The notes: a model not told the origin generated them from the sequence alone. DNA of 64,000 nt from Chloroflexota bacterium (GCA_022565155.1 JADFKB010000006.1:53-64052), one strand, 5' to 3'. Shown: positions 1 through 11,849, counted from the first letter of the stretch. Program-made: numbers and translations.

Positions 1-808
1 CCGGACGATGCTCTTTCAGGTGCTCGATCAGGGAGTCGAAGCTTCTTCCGAGCGCGCTCGTCGGCGCCAGCGCCACCCGCTCATGATCCAGCGCGTGCGT
101 GACGATGTACCAGCCGCGGTTCTCTTCGCCGACGAGGGCATCGCTCGGCACCCGCACGTCATCGTAGAAGGTTTGGTTGGTGCGCAGACCCGACATCATC
201 CACATGGGGGTAATGGTAATCCCGGGCGTATCGGTGGGGACGATGAACATCGAAATCCCGCGATGCTTGGGGGCATCCGGGTCCGTCCTGGCCGCGAGCC
301 AGATGTGCGTCGCAGTATGGGCCCCGGAGGTGAAGATCTTCTGTCCGTTGATCACCCAGTCGTCGCCGTCTCGCACGGCCCGGGTTTCCAACGACGCTAG
401 GTCGGTGCCGGCGTTCGGCTCTGAATAGCCGATTGCGAAGCTCGTCGTTCCATCCCAGATACCCGGCAGATACTTCTTCTTCTGATCATCCGTACCAAAC
501 GCCATAATCGAGGGCGCGACCGAACTGACGCTCAGTAGGCCGAAGGGTATCCCCCAGTACTCCAGCTCTTCGATGAGAATGAACTGGTACCAGGGAGACT
601 TCCCTTCGCCGCCGTACTCTTCGGCCCAGCACATGCGAAGCCAGCCCTTCTTGTCCAGCTCCTTCTTGAAGTTCTGGACCAACCGGCCTCCGCGTTCGTC
701 ACGGACCTCCTCTTGTTCTCGCAGCATCGCTGGGGTGCGGTGCTTGCGGATGAGCGCACGCACCTCCTCGCGAAAGTCTTGGTACTCCTGTTCCCAGCCG
801 AAATCCAT
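1..808 (-). CDS. Acyl-CoA dehydrogenase, 3' end runs off the window start
   Basis: Manual minus-strand translation from the ATG at 808: MDFGWEQEYQDFREEVRAL...WAEEYGGEG...FGTDDQKKKYLPGI...FAIGYSEPNAGTDLASLETRAVRDGDDWVINGQKIFTS (ACAD motifs). Missing from the ORF track because no stop lies inside the window. Confidence 0.9.
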   Translation of the reverse strand, partial: MDFGWEQEYQDFREEVRALIRKHRTPAMLREQEEVRDERGGRLVQNFKKELDKKGWLRMCWAEEYGGEGKSPWYQFILIEELEYWGIPFGLLSVSSVAPSIMAFGTDDQKKKYLPGIWDGTTSFAIGYSEPNAGTDLASLETRAVRDGDDWVINGQKIFTSGAHTATHIWLAARTDPDAPKHRGISMFIVPTDTPGITITPMWMMSGLRTNQTFYDDVRVPSDALVGEENRGWYIVTHALDHERVALAPTSALGRSFDSLIEHLKEHRP

Positions 809-824
809 AGACGTCCTCCGCTCG

Positions 825-2081
825 CTACTCCGCCTTCGTCCCCGTCTCCTCGGGCACCTCAAGGACGCCCTCTGCGACGAGCCGCTCCACCTCGTCCTCC
901 GGCATGTTGAGGAGACCGGTGCAGACCTCGCGCGTGTGCTGGCCGAGGGCCGGCGCCGGCCGAATGATCGTCTCGGGTAGTCGTGTGCCGTGAAAGGCGG
1001 GCCCTTCCAGGAGCAGGCGACCCAAAGGTGGCTGGTTTATGGGGCGCAGGTAGCCGCGCTTCGCCAGATGCGGATCCTCCGCCTGGTCGCGCGGATGCTG
1101 CACCATCCCAGCCGGGATCTTGTGCTCTTGGAGCACGGTCATCACCTCTCGGGAAGTGCGCGCCGATGTCCACCGGCCGAGCCGCCTATCGAGTTCAGCT
1201 CGGTGTTCTAGGCGGCCCCTGGTCGAACGGTAGGCCGCGCGGCGCGCCCAGGATGGGTCTCCCATAGCGGTCCGAAGTCGCTGCCACTGATCGTCGCTGC
1301 CGACGTTGATCACACACCACTCGTCCTCCCCCTGGCACGGATAGGCTCCCCAGGGAGCGCCTCTCACGCTGTGGTTGCCCTGAGGAAGCGCCGAGCCGGC
1401 GTGCAGGCTCTCCTGCAGGAAGATGTCGCCCAGCAGCCCGATCGGTACCTCGAACTGCGCGATCTCCCCGTGCGCACCTATGCCCGTCTTCTCCCGCTGT
1501 ATCAGGCTCGCCACAGCGAGGAGCGCGCCCAGACGCCCGATGAGATGATCGGGGTAGATGTTCTGCGTGCCACCTGGGTGGTCTGCGTCTGCATCGTTCC
1601 AGAGGTAGCTCAGGCCGGTCACCATATGAGAGCTGGGCCCGTAGCCCACCCAGTTGCTCCACTCCCCTGTGGAACCGAGAAGCTGACTGCTCATCATCAC
1701 CACGCGTGGATTGATCTTCCGAACGACTTCGTACGCCAGACCTAATCGCTCCATCACGCCCGAGGCGCTATTCTCGACAATGACGTCCGCTTCTTGAACA
1801 AGACGTCGCACCAGCTTCCAGCCCTGTTTCGTCTTCAAGTTTACGCCGAAGCTACGCTTGCTCCGATTAGACGAGGCGAAGGGAGGACCCATCCCACCCG
1901 GCTGGATTGTCCGTATGAAGTCCGGATTTGCTGTACTCTCGACCTTTATGACATCAGCGCCGTACTCCGCGAAGAGCCGACTTATCTCCACGCCCACGGC
2001 ACCGATGCCGAAGTCGAGAACGCGCAGTCCCTGGAAAGGATATGCCTTCGTTCGCTTCGTCTGTTGTTTGCGCCCCATCAT
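825..2081 (-). CDS. CoA-transferase family III (CaiB/BaiF)
   Basis: LRVLDF...AEYGADVIKVE, NRSKRSFGVNLK, ADVIVEN, C-terminal PAPALGQHT. Confidence 0.9.
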   Translation of the reverse strand: MMGRKQQTKRTKAYPFQGLRVLDFGIGAVGVEISRLFAEYGADVIKVESTANPDFIRTIQPGGMGPPFASSNRSKRSFGVNLKTKQGWKLVRRLVQEADVIVENSASGVMERLGLAYEVVRKINPRVVMMSSQLLGSTGEWSNWVGYGPSSHMVTGLSYLWNDADADHPGGTQNIYPDHLIGRLGALLAVASLIQREKTGIGAHGEIAQFEVPIGLLGDIFLQESLHAGSALPQGNHSVRGAPWGAYPCQGEDEWCVINVGSDDQWQRLRTAMGDPSWARRAAYRSTRGRLEHRAELDRRLGRWTSARTSREVMTVLQEHKIPAGMVQHPRDQAEDPHLAKRGYLRPINQPPLGRLLLEGPAFHGTRLPETIIRPAPALGQHTREVCTGLLNMPEDEVERLVAEGVLEVPEETGTKAE

Positions 2082-2103
2082 CGCATCCCCGCCTGACAGC
2101 GCG

Positions 2104-3291
2104 TCAGACGACGCCCTCTGCCCGGAGGCTGGCTAAGCTGTGCGCTTCGAGGCCCAGCTCGTCGACGTACACCTCGGCGTTATGCTCGCCCAGTGTGGGG
2201 GCCCGCTTCCGGAAGCCAAACCTTCGGCCGTCTATCTGGAGGAACCCCGCTGGCACCGTGCCCTCAACGCCAGGAGCCACCTCGGTCTTCACAAACGTGC
2301 CCCGCGACGCGGTATGCTCATTGGTCATCACCTCATCGGGCGTCAATCCGGGCGTTACTGCGATGCCCCGGCTCTGTGCTTCGCGGGCCAGCTCCATCTT
2401 CGTCTTGTCACGGAACAGGGCGTTGATTAGGGGGTCGAGAACATCTCGGTTCACGATGCGAAAGATGAACTCCTCCCACGCCTCATCCTTGACGATATCG
2501 GGCTCCCCAAGCCAGGCGCGGAAGGCGCGCCATTCGCGCGGACTCAGCACGACCAGTCGCACGTGGCCGTCGGCACAGGGATAGATTGGATACACGATTC
2601 CGGATCCCGCCCGGTGCTGATAGCCGCCAGAATGGCTGTACGATGGCAGTGTCCAGTCTGACATGTTGGCTACCGACTCCATCACTGATACATCGAGATG
2701 CTGGCCACGTCCTGACCGAAGCCGCTGGAAGTACGCCATGAGCACAGCAAAGCCGGCGGTGATGGCGGTGCTATCATACGCTAGGGCACCCGGGGCAACC
2801 AGGGGCGGGCGCTCAGGGACCCCCGATCGATACATCATCCCGCCCATGGCGAAACCTATCATATCGCTGCCCAGGAAATCCCGGTATGGACCGGTCTGGC
2901 CGAAATCGGTGACCGAGGTGATGATCAAACGAGGGTACCTACGCAAGACCTTCGCCGGATCGAGGCCCAGGGATGCCAAATGGCCGGGCGGAAAGGACTC
3001 GATCCACACGTCCGAGTCCTCCAGCAGGCTGTGCAAGAGTTCCTGGCCCGACTGCTTGGCGATGTCCAGCGTGACGCCGCGCTTGTTGGCATTGCGGTAG
3101 GCGAAGTAGAGGCTGGTATGGCCGTCGGGGGCGAGAGGCGGCAGGCGTCGGGAGGGTGAGCCTTCAGGTGGCTCGACACGGATCACGTCTGCGCCTAGGT
3201 CCGCCAGGACGCGGCCGCAGAGTTCCCCTTTCTCGTCGGCCATGTCGACCACGCGGACTCCGGCTAACGGCCCAGTGGAATCGTCCGTCAT
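2104..3291 (-). CDS. CoA-transferase family III (CaiB/BaiF)
   Basis: PLAGVRVVDM...LADLGADVIRVEPPEG, NANKRGVTLD, APTLGEHN; start trimmed to MTDDSTG. Confidence 0.9.
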   Translation of the reverse strand: MTDDSTGPLAGVRVVDMADEKGELCGRVLADLGADVIRVEPPEGSPSRRLPPLAPDGHTSLYFAYRNANKRGVTLDIAKQSGQELLHSLLEDSDVWIESFPPGHLASLGLDPAKVLRRYPRLIITSVTDFGQTGPYRDFLGSDMIGFAMGGMMYRSGVPERPPLVAPGALAYDSTAITAGFAVLMAYFQRLRSGRGQHLDVSVMESVANMSDWTLPSYSHSGGYQHRAGSGIVYPIYPCADGHVRLVVLSPREWRAFRAWLGEPDIVKDEAWEEFIFRIVNRDVLDPLINALFRDKTKMELAREAQSRGIAVTPGLTPDEVMTNEHTASRGTFVKTEVAPGVEGTVPAGFLQIDGRRFGFRKRAPTLGEHNAEVYVDELGLEAHSLASLRAEGVV

Positions 3292-3491
3292 TCCCCCACC
3301 TGATGCTGTTCGCTCTCTATGGGCATTCGTACGTGCTGCCACTGGATCAAGAAGCCCGCCTCGCAGAAGCTACGTGTCCAGGCAAGCGGCTCGTCCTACA
3401 GCCGTCCAGACTCAGAGAGATCGGCTGTGAAGCAATGACAAGACGATTCCCCCTCTGCCGGCCGTCGCTCGATTCGTGTGTGCGCTCGTCT

Positions 3492-4628
3492 CTACTTCGC
3501 TTTTTCCTCAGCGGGGGTCAACTCAGACACCCGAGTCGTAGTTTCGATGTACTCGTTCACCATGTCGTAGATGAGATCGCGGCAGGAGGGGATAGTATTC
3601 ATCCTCCCGACGATCTGCCCTACGGGTGTACCACTGAGATTCTTAGGGTCGGCGCCTTCGACTTGGATGGAGCGACCGATGCGTCTCTGCGCTTCTGCCG
3701 TCAGCATGTACTGGAGCGGCATTGGCAGCGTCCCTGGTGAGTCCGGGCTCTCCCACGCATCGGTCCACGCGGTGCGTAGCTGGCGCGCGGGCTTCCCGCT
3801 TAGCGCCCGCGACCGCACGGTGTCCTTAGAGGATGCCTTCATCAGCTTCTCCATCAGGATCTCGCCAGTATTGCTCTCCTTAACGGTGAGCCAGATCGAG
3901 CCTGTCCAGACGCCATCTGCGCCCAGGGCCAGCGCGGCGGCCATCTGACGGCCGCTGCCAATACCGCCTGCGGCGAGGACCGGCGTCGGGTGGACTGCAT
4001 CAACCACCTCGGGCACGAGCACCATCGTGGTTATCTCACCGGTATGGCCGCCCGCCTCCCAGCCCGATGCGACGATAATGTCGGTTCCGGCATCCAACTG
4101 CTTCTGCGCCTGGTGCACGTTGCCCACGAGGGCGGCGACAAGGGCATCCTTCGCGTGCACTGTTTCGACGACATCCCTAGGGGGAGGGCCCAACGCACTG
4201 GCGAGCAGCTTGATGGGGTGCGAGAGCGCAATGTCGACCTGGGATCTCGCCCCCTCGTCGGTCCAGCCCAGAAGTCCGACTGGCGCTGGTTCGTCATCCG
4301 GCATCGGGGGAAGTTCAAAGCGCTCCATGAGTTCGTCAACGAACTTGCGATGTTGCTCAGGGATCATCTTCTTCAGGGCGCCCGCGTCCGCGCCGAGATC
4401 GCCGCCGACGGAGGAGGCCGGCATCACAACATCGACGCCATAGGGCTTGCCATCGACGTGCTCGTCGATCCAGGCTAATTCAAGCTCGAGCTGCTCGGTA
4501 GGGAACGCCAAGGCCCCGAGGACGCCCATCCCTCCCGCCTTGCTGACTGCGGCGACGACATCGCGACAGTGACTAAAGGCAAAGATCGGGAACTCGATGT
4601 CGAACATCTCGCAGATACGAGTGCGCAT
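3492..4628 (-). CDS. Nitronate monooxygenase / 2-nitropropane dioxygenase family FMN oxidoreductase
   Basis: IEFPIFAFSHCRDVVAAVSKAGG, GWEAGGHTG, PVLAAGGIGSG, LGADGVWTGS. Confidence 0.88.
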   Translation of the reverse strand: MRTRICEMFDIEFPIFAFSHCRDVVAAVSKAGGMGVLGALAFPTEQLELELAWIDEHVDGKPYGVDVVMPASSVGGDLGADAGALKKMIPEQHRKFVDELMERFELPPMPDDEPAPVGLLGWTDEGARSQVDIALSHPIKLLASALGPPPRDVVETVHAKDALVAALVGNVHQAQKQLDAGTDIIVASGWEAGGHTGEITTMVLVPEVVDAVHPTPVLAAGGIGSGRQMAAALALGADGVWTGSIWLTVKESNTGEILMEKLMKASSKDTVRSRALSGKPARQLRTAWTDAWESPDSPGTLPMPLQYMLTAEAQRRIGRSIQVEGADPKNLSGTPVGQIVGRMNTIPSCRDLIYDMVNEYIETTTRVSELTPAEEKAK

Positions 4629-4665
4629 GGTACCTTCCTCACCCCTCGCAGGGATGGTGGCCCCG

Positions 4666-4983
4666 CTACGGGGCAGCTAGCTGGATCTCTCCTCCGTCGT
4701 TCACCTGAACGCGATAGGTCGTCAGCTTCTCCGTTGGCGGCTCGGTCACCGCCTCTCCGCTCGTGATATCGAACTGGCCGCCGTGAGAGGGACAGGTGAC
4801 GATCTGTTCTTCCAGCAAACCCTGGGAGAGGCGACCGGCCATGTGCGTACACGAGTCGCTGAAGGCGTAGATCGTGCCGTTCATGTTGGCCAGCGCTACC
4901 TCACCGCCCTGGAAATCTACCAGCGTCACCTCGCCTTGCGGCACATCTGCCAGGTCAGCTACTTTCACGAAGTCGGCCATCAC
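4666..4983 (-). CDS. Rieske [2Fe-2S] ferredoxin
   Basis: CTH...CPSH Rieske ligand pair, FDITSG, 105 aa. Confidence 0.9.
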   Translation of the reverse strand: MMADFVKVADLADVPQGEVTLVDFQGGEVALANMNGTIYAFSDSCTHMAGRLSQGLLEEQIVTCPSHGGQFDITSGEAVTEPPTEKLTTYRVQVNDGGEIQLAAP

Positions 4984-4992
4984 CGTCTCCTC

Positions 4993-6303
4993 TTAGGAAG
5001 CGGTCTGCGGCGCTGCGCGAACCGTTTGCCCCTCGACTTTAGCAGGTGTGAACTTCACGGGCAGGTGCTTGATGCCGCTGATGAAGTTCGAGCGAAGGCG
5101 TTGGGCGGGGCCCGCCTGCTGGATGTCAGGCATCCGGCGGATCAGCTCCTCGAACATCACCCGGATCTCCAGCCGGGCCAGGTTGAGACCAAGACAGTTG
5201 TGCGGGCCGCCGGCGCCGAAGGTGAGATGCATGTTGGGCGTGCGCCCGACGTCGAAGCGATAGGGATCTGGGAAGACCTCCTCATCCCGATTGGCCGAGA
5301 TGTACCAGAGCGTCACCTTGTCATCCTTCTTGATCTGCTGGCCCCGGATCTCCTCGTCCTGCGTCGCGTTGCGCCGGAAGTACATCACCGGTGTCACAAA
5401 GCGCAGCATCTCCTCCACCGCACTGTTCATGAGCGAAGGATCATCCCGGAGCCGTGTCCACTCGTCCGGGAATTCAAAGAAGGTGAGCATACCTCCAGCG
5501 ATTAGATTTCGGGTCGTCTCGTTGCCGGCCACAGACAGCAGGAGGAAGAAGACATTGATCTCAAGTTGAGTCAGCTCATCGCCGTCGACCTCCGCGTCGA
5601 TGAGGACGCTTATCAGATCATCCTTCGGGTCCTTGCGTCGTTCAGCGGACAGTTTTTCAGCATAGGCATACATCTCGATGCCGGCGTTCATGGTGGCGTC
5701 CGGAGAGACTTGGTATTCGGGATCCGCGCTGCCGATCATCCTGTTGCTCCACTCGAAGATCTTGTGCCGGTCCTCGTGGGGGATGCCGATCAGTTCGTCG
5801 ACGACCTGAAGAGGCAATTCAGCGGCCACCTCAGTCACAAAGTCGCATTCACCCTTGCTGGCGACCGTGTCGAGGACATCTTTGGTCACCTTACGGATGG
5901 CGGCCTCCATCCGGTTGATCCTGGCCATGGTGAACCCGGTGTTGACCAGCTTGCGCAGTTTGGTGTGATGGGGTGGGTCCATATTGAGCATCATGAGCTC
6001 TTGGCCCGCGCCAACGCCTTGAGCCTGCGAGTCGCCTCCGTCTTGCGAACCGCCCTCAGCCTGTCCGGCGCCCCCATACTCAGACTCGCTCATGCCGACG
6101 ACACCGTGGGCGGACGAGAACGTAGAGAAGTCCTGAGAGGCCTTCTCGATGTCGTGGTATTTGGTCAGCACCCAGAACCCCGGGCCGTTCGGCTCAGGGT
6201 GCAGGTAAACCGGCGCCTCCTTGCGTAGGAGCTTGAACGCCTCGTGGGGGACACCCTCGACGAAGATATCCATGTTGAGCAGATCGATGTCCGCTAGCTT
6301 CAT
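4993..6303 (-). CDS. Cytochrome P450, CYP125/124/142-like (putative steroid/branched-lipid terminal hydroxylase)
   Basis: AGNETT I-helix, EMLR ExxR, FGAGGPHNCLG heme motif; GGAG RBS before MKLADIDL; steroid-cluster context. Confidence 0.85.
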   Translation of the reverse strand: MKLADIDLLNMDIFVEGVPHEAFKLLRKEAPVYLHPEPNGPGFWVLTKYHDIEKASQDFSTFSSAHGVVGMSESEYGGAGQAEGGSQDGGDSQAQGVGAGQELMMLNMDPPHHTKLRKLVNTGFTMARINRMEAAIRKVTKDVLDTVASKGECDFVTEVAAELPLQVVDELIGIPHEDRHKIFEWSNRMIGSADPEYQVSPDATMNAGIEMYAYAEKLSAERRKDPKDDLISVLIDAEVDGDELTQLEINVFFLLLSVAGNETTRNLIAGGMLTFFEFPDEWTRLRDDPSLMNSAVEEMLRFVTPVMYFRRNATQDEEIRGQQIKKDDKVTLWYISANRDEEVFPDPYRFDVGRTPNMHLTFGAGGPHNCLGLNLARLEIRVMFEELIRRMPDIQQAGPAQRLRSNFISGIKHLPVKFTPAKVEGQTVRAAPQTAS

Positions 6304-6500
6304 AGTCGAAACTCCTCCGTGTAAGCCTGCCCTTACGCCATGCTGGGAATCCCCGCCTGCGTGACGCTGCCGCCAGCAATCTTGACCCACCACACATTCC
6401 CCGATGGGCATTCCAAGGGATCCGTTAGGCCTCTCGGGGAGTCGCGCGCTAATAGTAGTCTTTAGCTCCTGGCCTGTCAACCAGCCTGCTCGCTTATTCC

Positions 6501-7779
<1,279 letters not shown>

Positions 7780-7805
7780 CGGAACCGGAAGCCGAAGGAG
7801 GCCAG

Positions 7806-8714
7806 ATGCTTGAAGGGAAGGTAGCGATCGTTACCGGCGCCGGCCGAGGCCTCGGCCGGGCGGAGGCGCTTCAGCTGGCGAAGATGGGCGCCCGCGTCGT
7901 GGTCAATGACCTCGGTGTCGAACTGGACGGCAGCGGCGGCAGCCAAAGCCCCGCCCAACAAGTGGTCGACGAGATCGCAGCGGCCGGCGGCGAAGCGATC
8001 GCCCATCCTGGCGACGTGGCGAATTGGGACGATGCCCAAGGCCTGATCAACAAAGCGCTGGAGACGTTCGGCGGCCTGGACATCCTCGTCAACAACGCCG
8101 GCTTCTTGCGGGACCGGATGGTCTTCAACATGTCGGAAGAAGAATGGGACGCCGTCATCCGGGTCCACCTGAAAGGCCACTTCTGCACAACGAAATGGGC
8201 GACCGTGCACTGGCGCGAGCTTTCGAAAGAGAAGGGCGGACCCGTGTACGGCCGCATCATCAACACCGCTTCCGAAGCATTCCTTTTCGGCGCGCCTGGC
8301 CAGCCGAACTACGCGGCAGCTAAGGCAGGCATCGCAGCGCTCACCATGGCGACGGCCCAAGCGTGCCAGCGGTACGGTGTGACCGCCAACGCGATCTGTC
8401 CCCGGGCCCGTACACGCATGACCGAAGGCGTCGCCGGAGGCATGTTTGAGAAACCAGAGGAAGGGTTTGACGCGTTCGCGCCCGAAAACGTGGTACCGCT
8501 GGTGGGATACCTGGCGTCGCCGGCCGCGGAGAAGGTTTCAGGCCAGGTCTTCATTATCTACGGAAACAGGGCCTCGGTGCTGACGTCACCGCAGATCGCG
8601 AAGAGCTTCGACACGGAAGGCACCTGGACCGTAGAGGGCCTGGTCGATGCGATGGGGCCTTACTTCGAGAAGCGCGAGCCGATCACGGACGGCTTCGCCA
8701 TGCTGCGCCAGTAG
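7806..8714 (+). CDS. Short-chain dehydrogenase/reductase (hydroxyacyl-CoA/hydroxysteroid dehydrogenase-like)
   Basis: TGAGRGLG, VVVNDLG, NNAG, YAAAK catalytic motif. Confidence 0.88.
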   Translation: MLEGKVAIVTGAGRGLGRAEALQLAKMGARVVVNDLGVELDGSGGSQSPAQQVVDEIAAAGGEAIAHPGDVANWDDAQGLINKALETFGGLDILVNNAGFLRDRMVFNMSEEEWDAVIRVHLKGHFCTTKWATVHWRELSKEKGGPVYGRIINTASEAFLFGAPGQPNYAAAKAGIAALTMATAQACQRYGVTANAICPRARTRMTEGVAGGMFEKPEEGFDAFAPENVVPLVGYLASPAAEKVSGQVFIIYGNRASVLTSPQIAKSFDTEGTWTVEGLVDAMGPYFEKREPITDGFAMLRQ

Positions 8715-8723
8715 TCAACCCCC

Positions 8724-9848
8724 ATGCCTGCCAAGGGGAACTCGCCAGCCAGCGACCAGATACGGTCGCAAGAGCGCGACCTCGAGACCACCCACGCCAG
8801 GTTGACGGAGTGGGTCAGCGAGAAGATGCCCTCGGCCGAAGAGCTCCGCCTGTCTCCCTTCATCAAACCGGGCCTCGGTTTCTCCAACGAGACGTTGCTC
8901 AGCGAGCTGTCATGGCGAGAGGATGGCGAGGACCGATCCGAGGGTCTGGTGTTCCGGCTGGAGCCCCAGAGCTTTCGCGTGTTCCCCGAATATGACCTCC
9001 CCAAGCAGGCGCGAGTGATGCGATGCCTCCGCGAAACTGACGTCCCCGTTCCCGTGGTTCGCTGGCTTGAGGAGGACCAGCGTCTGCTCGGCTGCCCGTT
9101 CTACGTCATGGGGAGGATCGAAGGGGAGATTCCACCGGATGTACCCTTCTATCACACGTCCGGCCCCTGCTTCGACGCTACGCCTGAGCGGAGGGCGACA
9201 ATGTGGTGGAGCGGCGTGGAGACTCTGGCTGGCATCCACACCCTGGACTGGGAAGCCCTCGGCCTCGGCTTCCTCGGCGTGCCTAAGGGCGGTACCGGGC
9301 CTCTGGACCAGCAACTCGATTACTATGAACAGTTCCTCCGCTGGGCGCAGGGCGAGGAGCCCCAGCCCATCCTGGAGGCCGCCTTAGGATGGCTCAAGGA
9401 GAACCGCTACGTCCCGAAGAGGGTGAGCCTCTGCTGGGGTGACGCCCGTCTACCTAACCTCATCTATCGCGATGACAGGGTAACGGGAGTGCTAGACTGG
9501 GAGATGGCCTTCCTGGGCGACCCAGAGGCGGACTTGGGCTGGTGGCTCTTCCTCGACTGGCATCACAGCGAGGGGAACGGCACCCCGCGCCTGGAGGGAT
9601 TTCCGGAGAGGGAAGAAACCGTCCGGCGCTACGAAGAGCTGACCGGGTGGCAGGCGGAGAACCTCTTCTACAACGAGGTGATGGCTGCCTTCCGATTCGG
9701 GGTGATCATGGTCAGTCTCTACCGAAACTTGAGCGAACGTGGCGTCGCGTTCGGGACGACGAACACCCCCACGACCAGGAGGCTCGCCGGCCTCCTGGAT
9801 CTCCCTCTCCCCGAAGAGCAGCAATCGACGCGAGCACCGACGGAATAA
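8724..9848 (+). CDS. APH-like phosphotransferase family protein
   Basis: PFYVMGRIEG, LCWGDARLPNLIY, VLDWEMAFLGDPEADLGW. Confidence 0.85.
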   Translation: MPAKGNSPASDQIRSQERDLETTHARLTEWVSEKMPSAEELRLSPFIKPGLGFSNETLLSELSWREDGEDRSEGLVFRLEPQSFRVFPEYDLPKQARVMRCLRETDVPVPVVRWLEEDQRLLGCPFYVMGRIEGEIPPDVPFYHTSGPCFDATPERRATMWWSGVETLAGIHTLDWEALGLGFLGVPKGGTGPLDQQLDYYEQFLRWAQGEEPQPILEAALGWLKENRYVPKRVSLCWGDARLPNLIYRDDRVTGVLDWEMAFLGDPEADLGWWLFLDWHHSEGNGTPRLEGFPEREETVRRYEELTGWQAENLFYNEVMAAFRFGVIMVSLYRNLSERGVAFGTTNTPTTRRLAGLLDLPLPEEQQSTRAPTE

Positions 9849-9894
9849 GGAGTGAAGCGAGAGAGGCTGCACACTACCTCAAAAGGAGACTCTG

Positions 9895-10803
9895 ATGGCA
9901 AGCACCGTTCACATGGCGACGATCGAGGACGACCAGCGGCACGTTCCGGGATCTGATTCACTTCCGCTGTGGAATGAGAGCTTCTGGTTCGCCTTCTACG
10001 ATCCGCGCACCGAGGTCGGTGTGACGGTACGTCTGGGGATCTTCGCCAATCAGGAGGAGGCGAACATCTACCTCTTCCTCGTCCACGGCGGGGAGGTTGC
10101 TCACAGCCTGATCGATCTTCGTGCTCCCGTGCCGCCCCAGGAGGTCAACCGTTTAGCCATCGGCGGGATGGAGATCGAATGGAAAGAGTCGCTGGAGAGC
10201 TTCCGCCTGCGATACCAGCACGAGGCCCACAGCATAGACGTGATGTGGAAGGGCTACAGCCCCACATACCTATATCCTTCACGAAATGGCGCGGCCAATG
10301 AGCCGAGGCAAACAGGGCACATCGAGCACGGGGGCGTGGTGACCGGCACGATCACGCTCGCGGGTACGCCGTACTCTGTGGACTGTCTCGGGCATCGCGA
10401 CCACTCTTGGGGGGGAGAGCGGGACTGGACGAAGCTGCACCATTGGGATTATCTCAGCGGCGAGATCGGTAAGGACTTCTGGTTCAACGCAGTGCGAGTC
10501 GTCATGGGCGAAGGTGCACCGGAGATCTTTATCGGCGGCCTCTGGGATGGCAAGGAGCTGCTCAACCTGGACGAGATCCGGATGGACGTCCGAACGGCCG
10601 ACGACGGAGCACGCCAGTTGGGTGTCGACCTACACTTGGTCGACGAGCGCAAGCGAGAGCATCACATCGTTGGGGAGGAGGTTCTCGTCATCGCGCCCAC
10701 GCAATTCGGCCGGACGTGGTGCAAGGACGGGTTTGCCCGCTATCGGTATGGTGACCGCGTCGGCTATGGGATCATCGAGCTGGGGTATGTCGAGCGACCC
10801 TGA
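9895..10803 (+). CDS. Conserved beta-rich protein (tocopherol cyclase/AttH-like fold likely)
   Basis: WNESFWFAFYD, GHIEHGG, GHRDHSWG motifs; follows the APH gene. Confidence 0.6.
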   Translation: MASTVHMATIEDDQRHVPGSDSLPLWNESFWFAFYDPRTEVGVTVRLGIFANQEEANIYLFLVHGGEVAHSLIDLRAPVPPQEVNRLAIGGMEIEWKESLESFRLRYQHEAHSIDVMWKGYSPTYLYPSRNGAANEPRQTGHIEHGGVVTGTITLAGTPYSVDCLGHRDHSWGGERDWTKLHHWDYLSGEIGKDFWFNAVRVVMGEGAPEIFIGGLWDGKELLNLDEIRMDVRTADDGARQLGVDLHLVDERKREHHIVGEEVLVIAPTQFGRTWCKDGFARYRYGDRVGYGIIELGYVERP

Positions 10804-10923
10804 GCGGGCGGCATCCCGTCATCGCGGCAAGCGCACGCGCCCTTGCGAAGATCGGCCACGGCGCGTAGAATCAGACGGCCCAGCTACGAGCCGTGCCATT
10901 TGGATCTCTCGTGGGGGTGGACG

Positions 10924-11433
10924 ATGCCTGTACTCACCGATGAACAGCGCGCGCTCATTGGACAGGAGAGCGCGCCCAGGGACCTGCCGCAGCCGATCGA
11001 CAGGATCATGGCCTTGCGCTGGTGCGAAATGGTCGAAGACGCGAACCCGATCTACTTCGACGAGGCTTACGCCCGCACCACCTGGCTGCAGGGCGCCATT
11101 GCCCCGCCCACGATGCTGAACACCTGGGGCATGACGCCCGTGTGGCCGGAGGCTAGAGGAGAGAGGCCGAGGCCGCGTCTGGAGCTGGAAGGCTGTACCA
11201 CCACCATCGCGACGAACGCGGTTGAGGAGTACTTCGTGCCGCTGCGTTACGGCGACACCATCACGGCGACGAGTCACATCAGCGAGATCAGCGACGAAAA
11301 GACCACGCGCCTGGGTGTGGGTCACTTCTACACTTCGGTAGACACGTATCGCAATCAACTGGGGCAAGTGGTGGGGACGCACAGCTTCACGTTGTTCACG
11401 TATCGTCCGCATCCGACAGGAGACGGCGCATGA
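10924..11433 (+). CDS. MaoC/FAS1-like dehydratase subunit (ChsH2 MaoC-domain-like)
   Basis: WCEMVEDANPIYFDEAYA, IAPPTML, EYFVPLRYGD, EKTTRLGVGHF. Confidence 0.82.
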   Translation: MPVLTDEQRALIGQESAPRDLPQPIDRIMALRWCEMVEDANPIYFDEAYARTTWLQGAIAPPTMLNTWGMTPVWPEARGERPRPRLELEGCTTTIATNAVEEYFVPLRYGDTITATSHISEISDEKTTRLGVGHFYTSVDTYRNQLGQVVGTHSFTLFTYRPHPTGDGA

Positions 11434-11849
11434 CCAAAGAGTGGAAGGCAGGCGATGCGCTGGAACCGATCAGCCTTGAGCTCACGCTCAGAAGGGCGAT
11501 CCAGGCGGTGGCAGGCACGCGAGACTACTACCCGTTCCATCACGATGAGCAGTTCGCCAGGGAGAACGGCGCCGAGGGCATCTTCTTCAACACAATGTTC
11601 CTCCAAGGCTTCGTCGGGAGGGCGGCGGCTGAGTGGTTTGGCAACGACGCGTTCCTTCGTAGGCTGGAGATCGCGATGCACGCCTCGAACTACGTCGGTC
11701 GCACGCTTACCGCGGAGGGCACCGTCGCGGCGACGCGCGAGTCCAACGGCTGCAAGCTCGTCGACGCGGACGTTACCCTCGCTACTGAGGATGGCCCCAC
11801 CACGAGCATCAAGCTTACCGTCCAGCTCCCCGTCTCAACGACGCCGTGA
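11430..11849 (+). CDS. MaoC hydratase catalytic subunit (ChsH1-like)
   Basis: TRDYYPFHHD (D-x4-H hydratase motif), IFFNT; ATGA overlap with the upstream gene. Confidence 0.82.
   Translation: MTKEWKAGDALEPISLELTLRRAIQAVAGTRDYYPFHHDEQFARENGAEGIFFNTMFLQGFVGRAAAEWFGNDAFLRRLEIAMHASNYVGRTLTAEGTVAATRESNGCKLVDADVTLATEDGPTTSIKLTVQLPVSTTP

Noticed and set aside
8-400. Many long antisense ORFs in the track (e.g. 8-400, 4783-5505, 37343-38425, 48585-49751)
   Set aside because: Shadow ORFs of well-supported genes on the opposite strand, expected at high GC.
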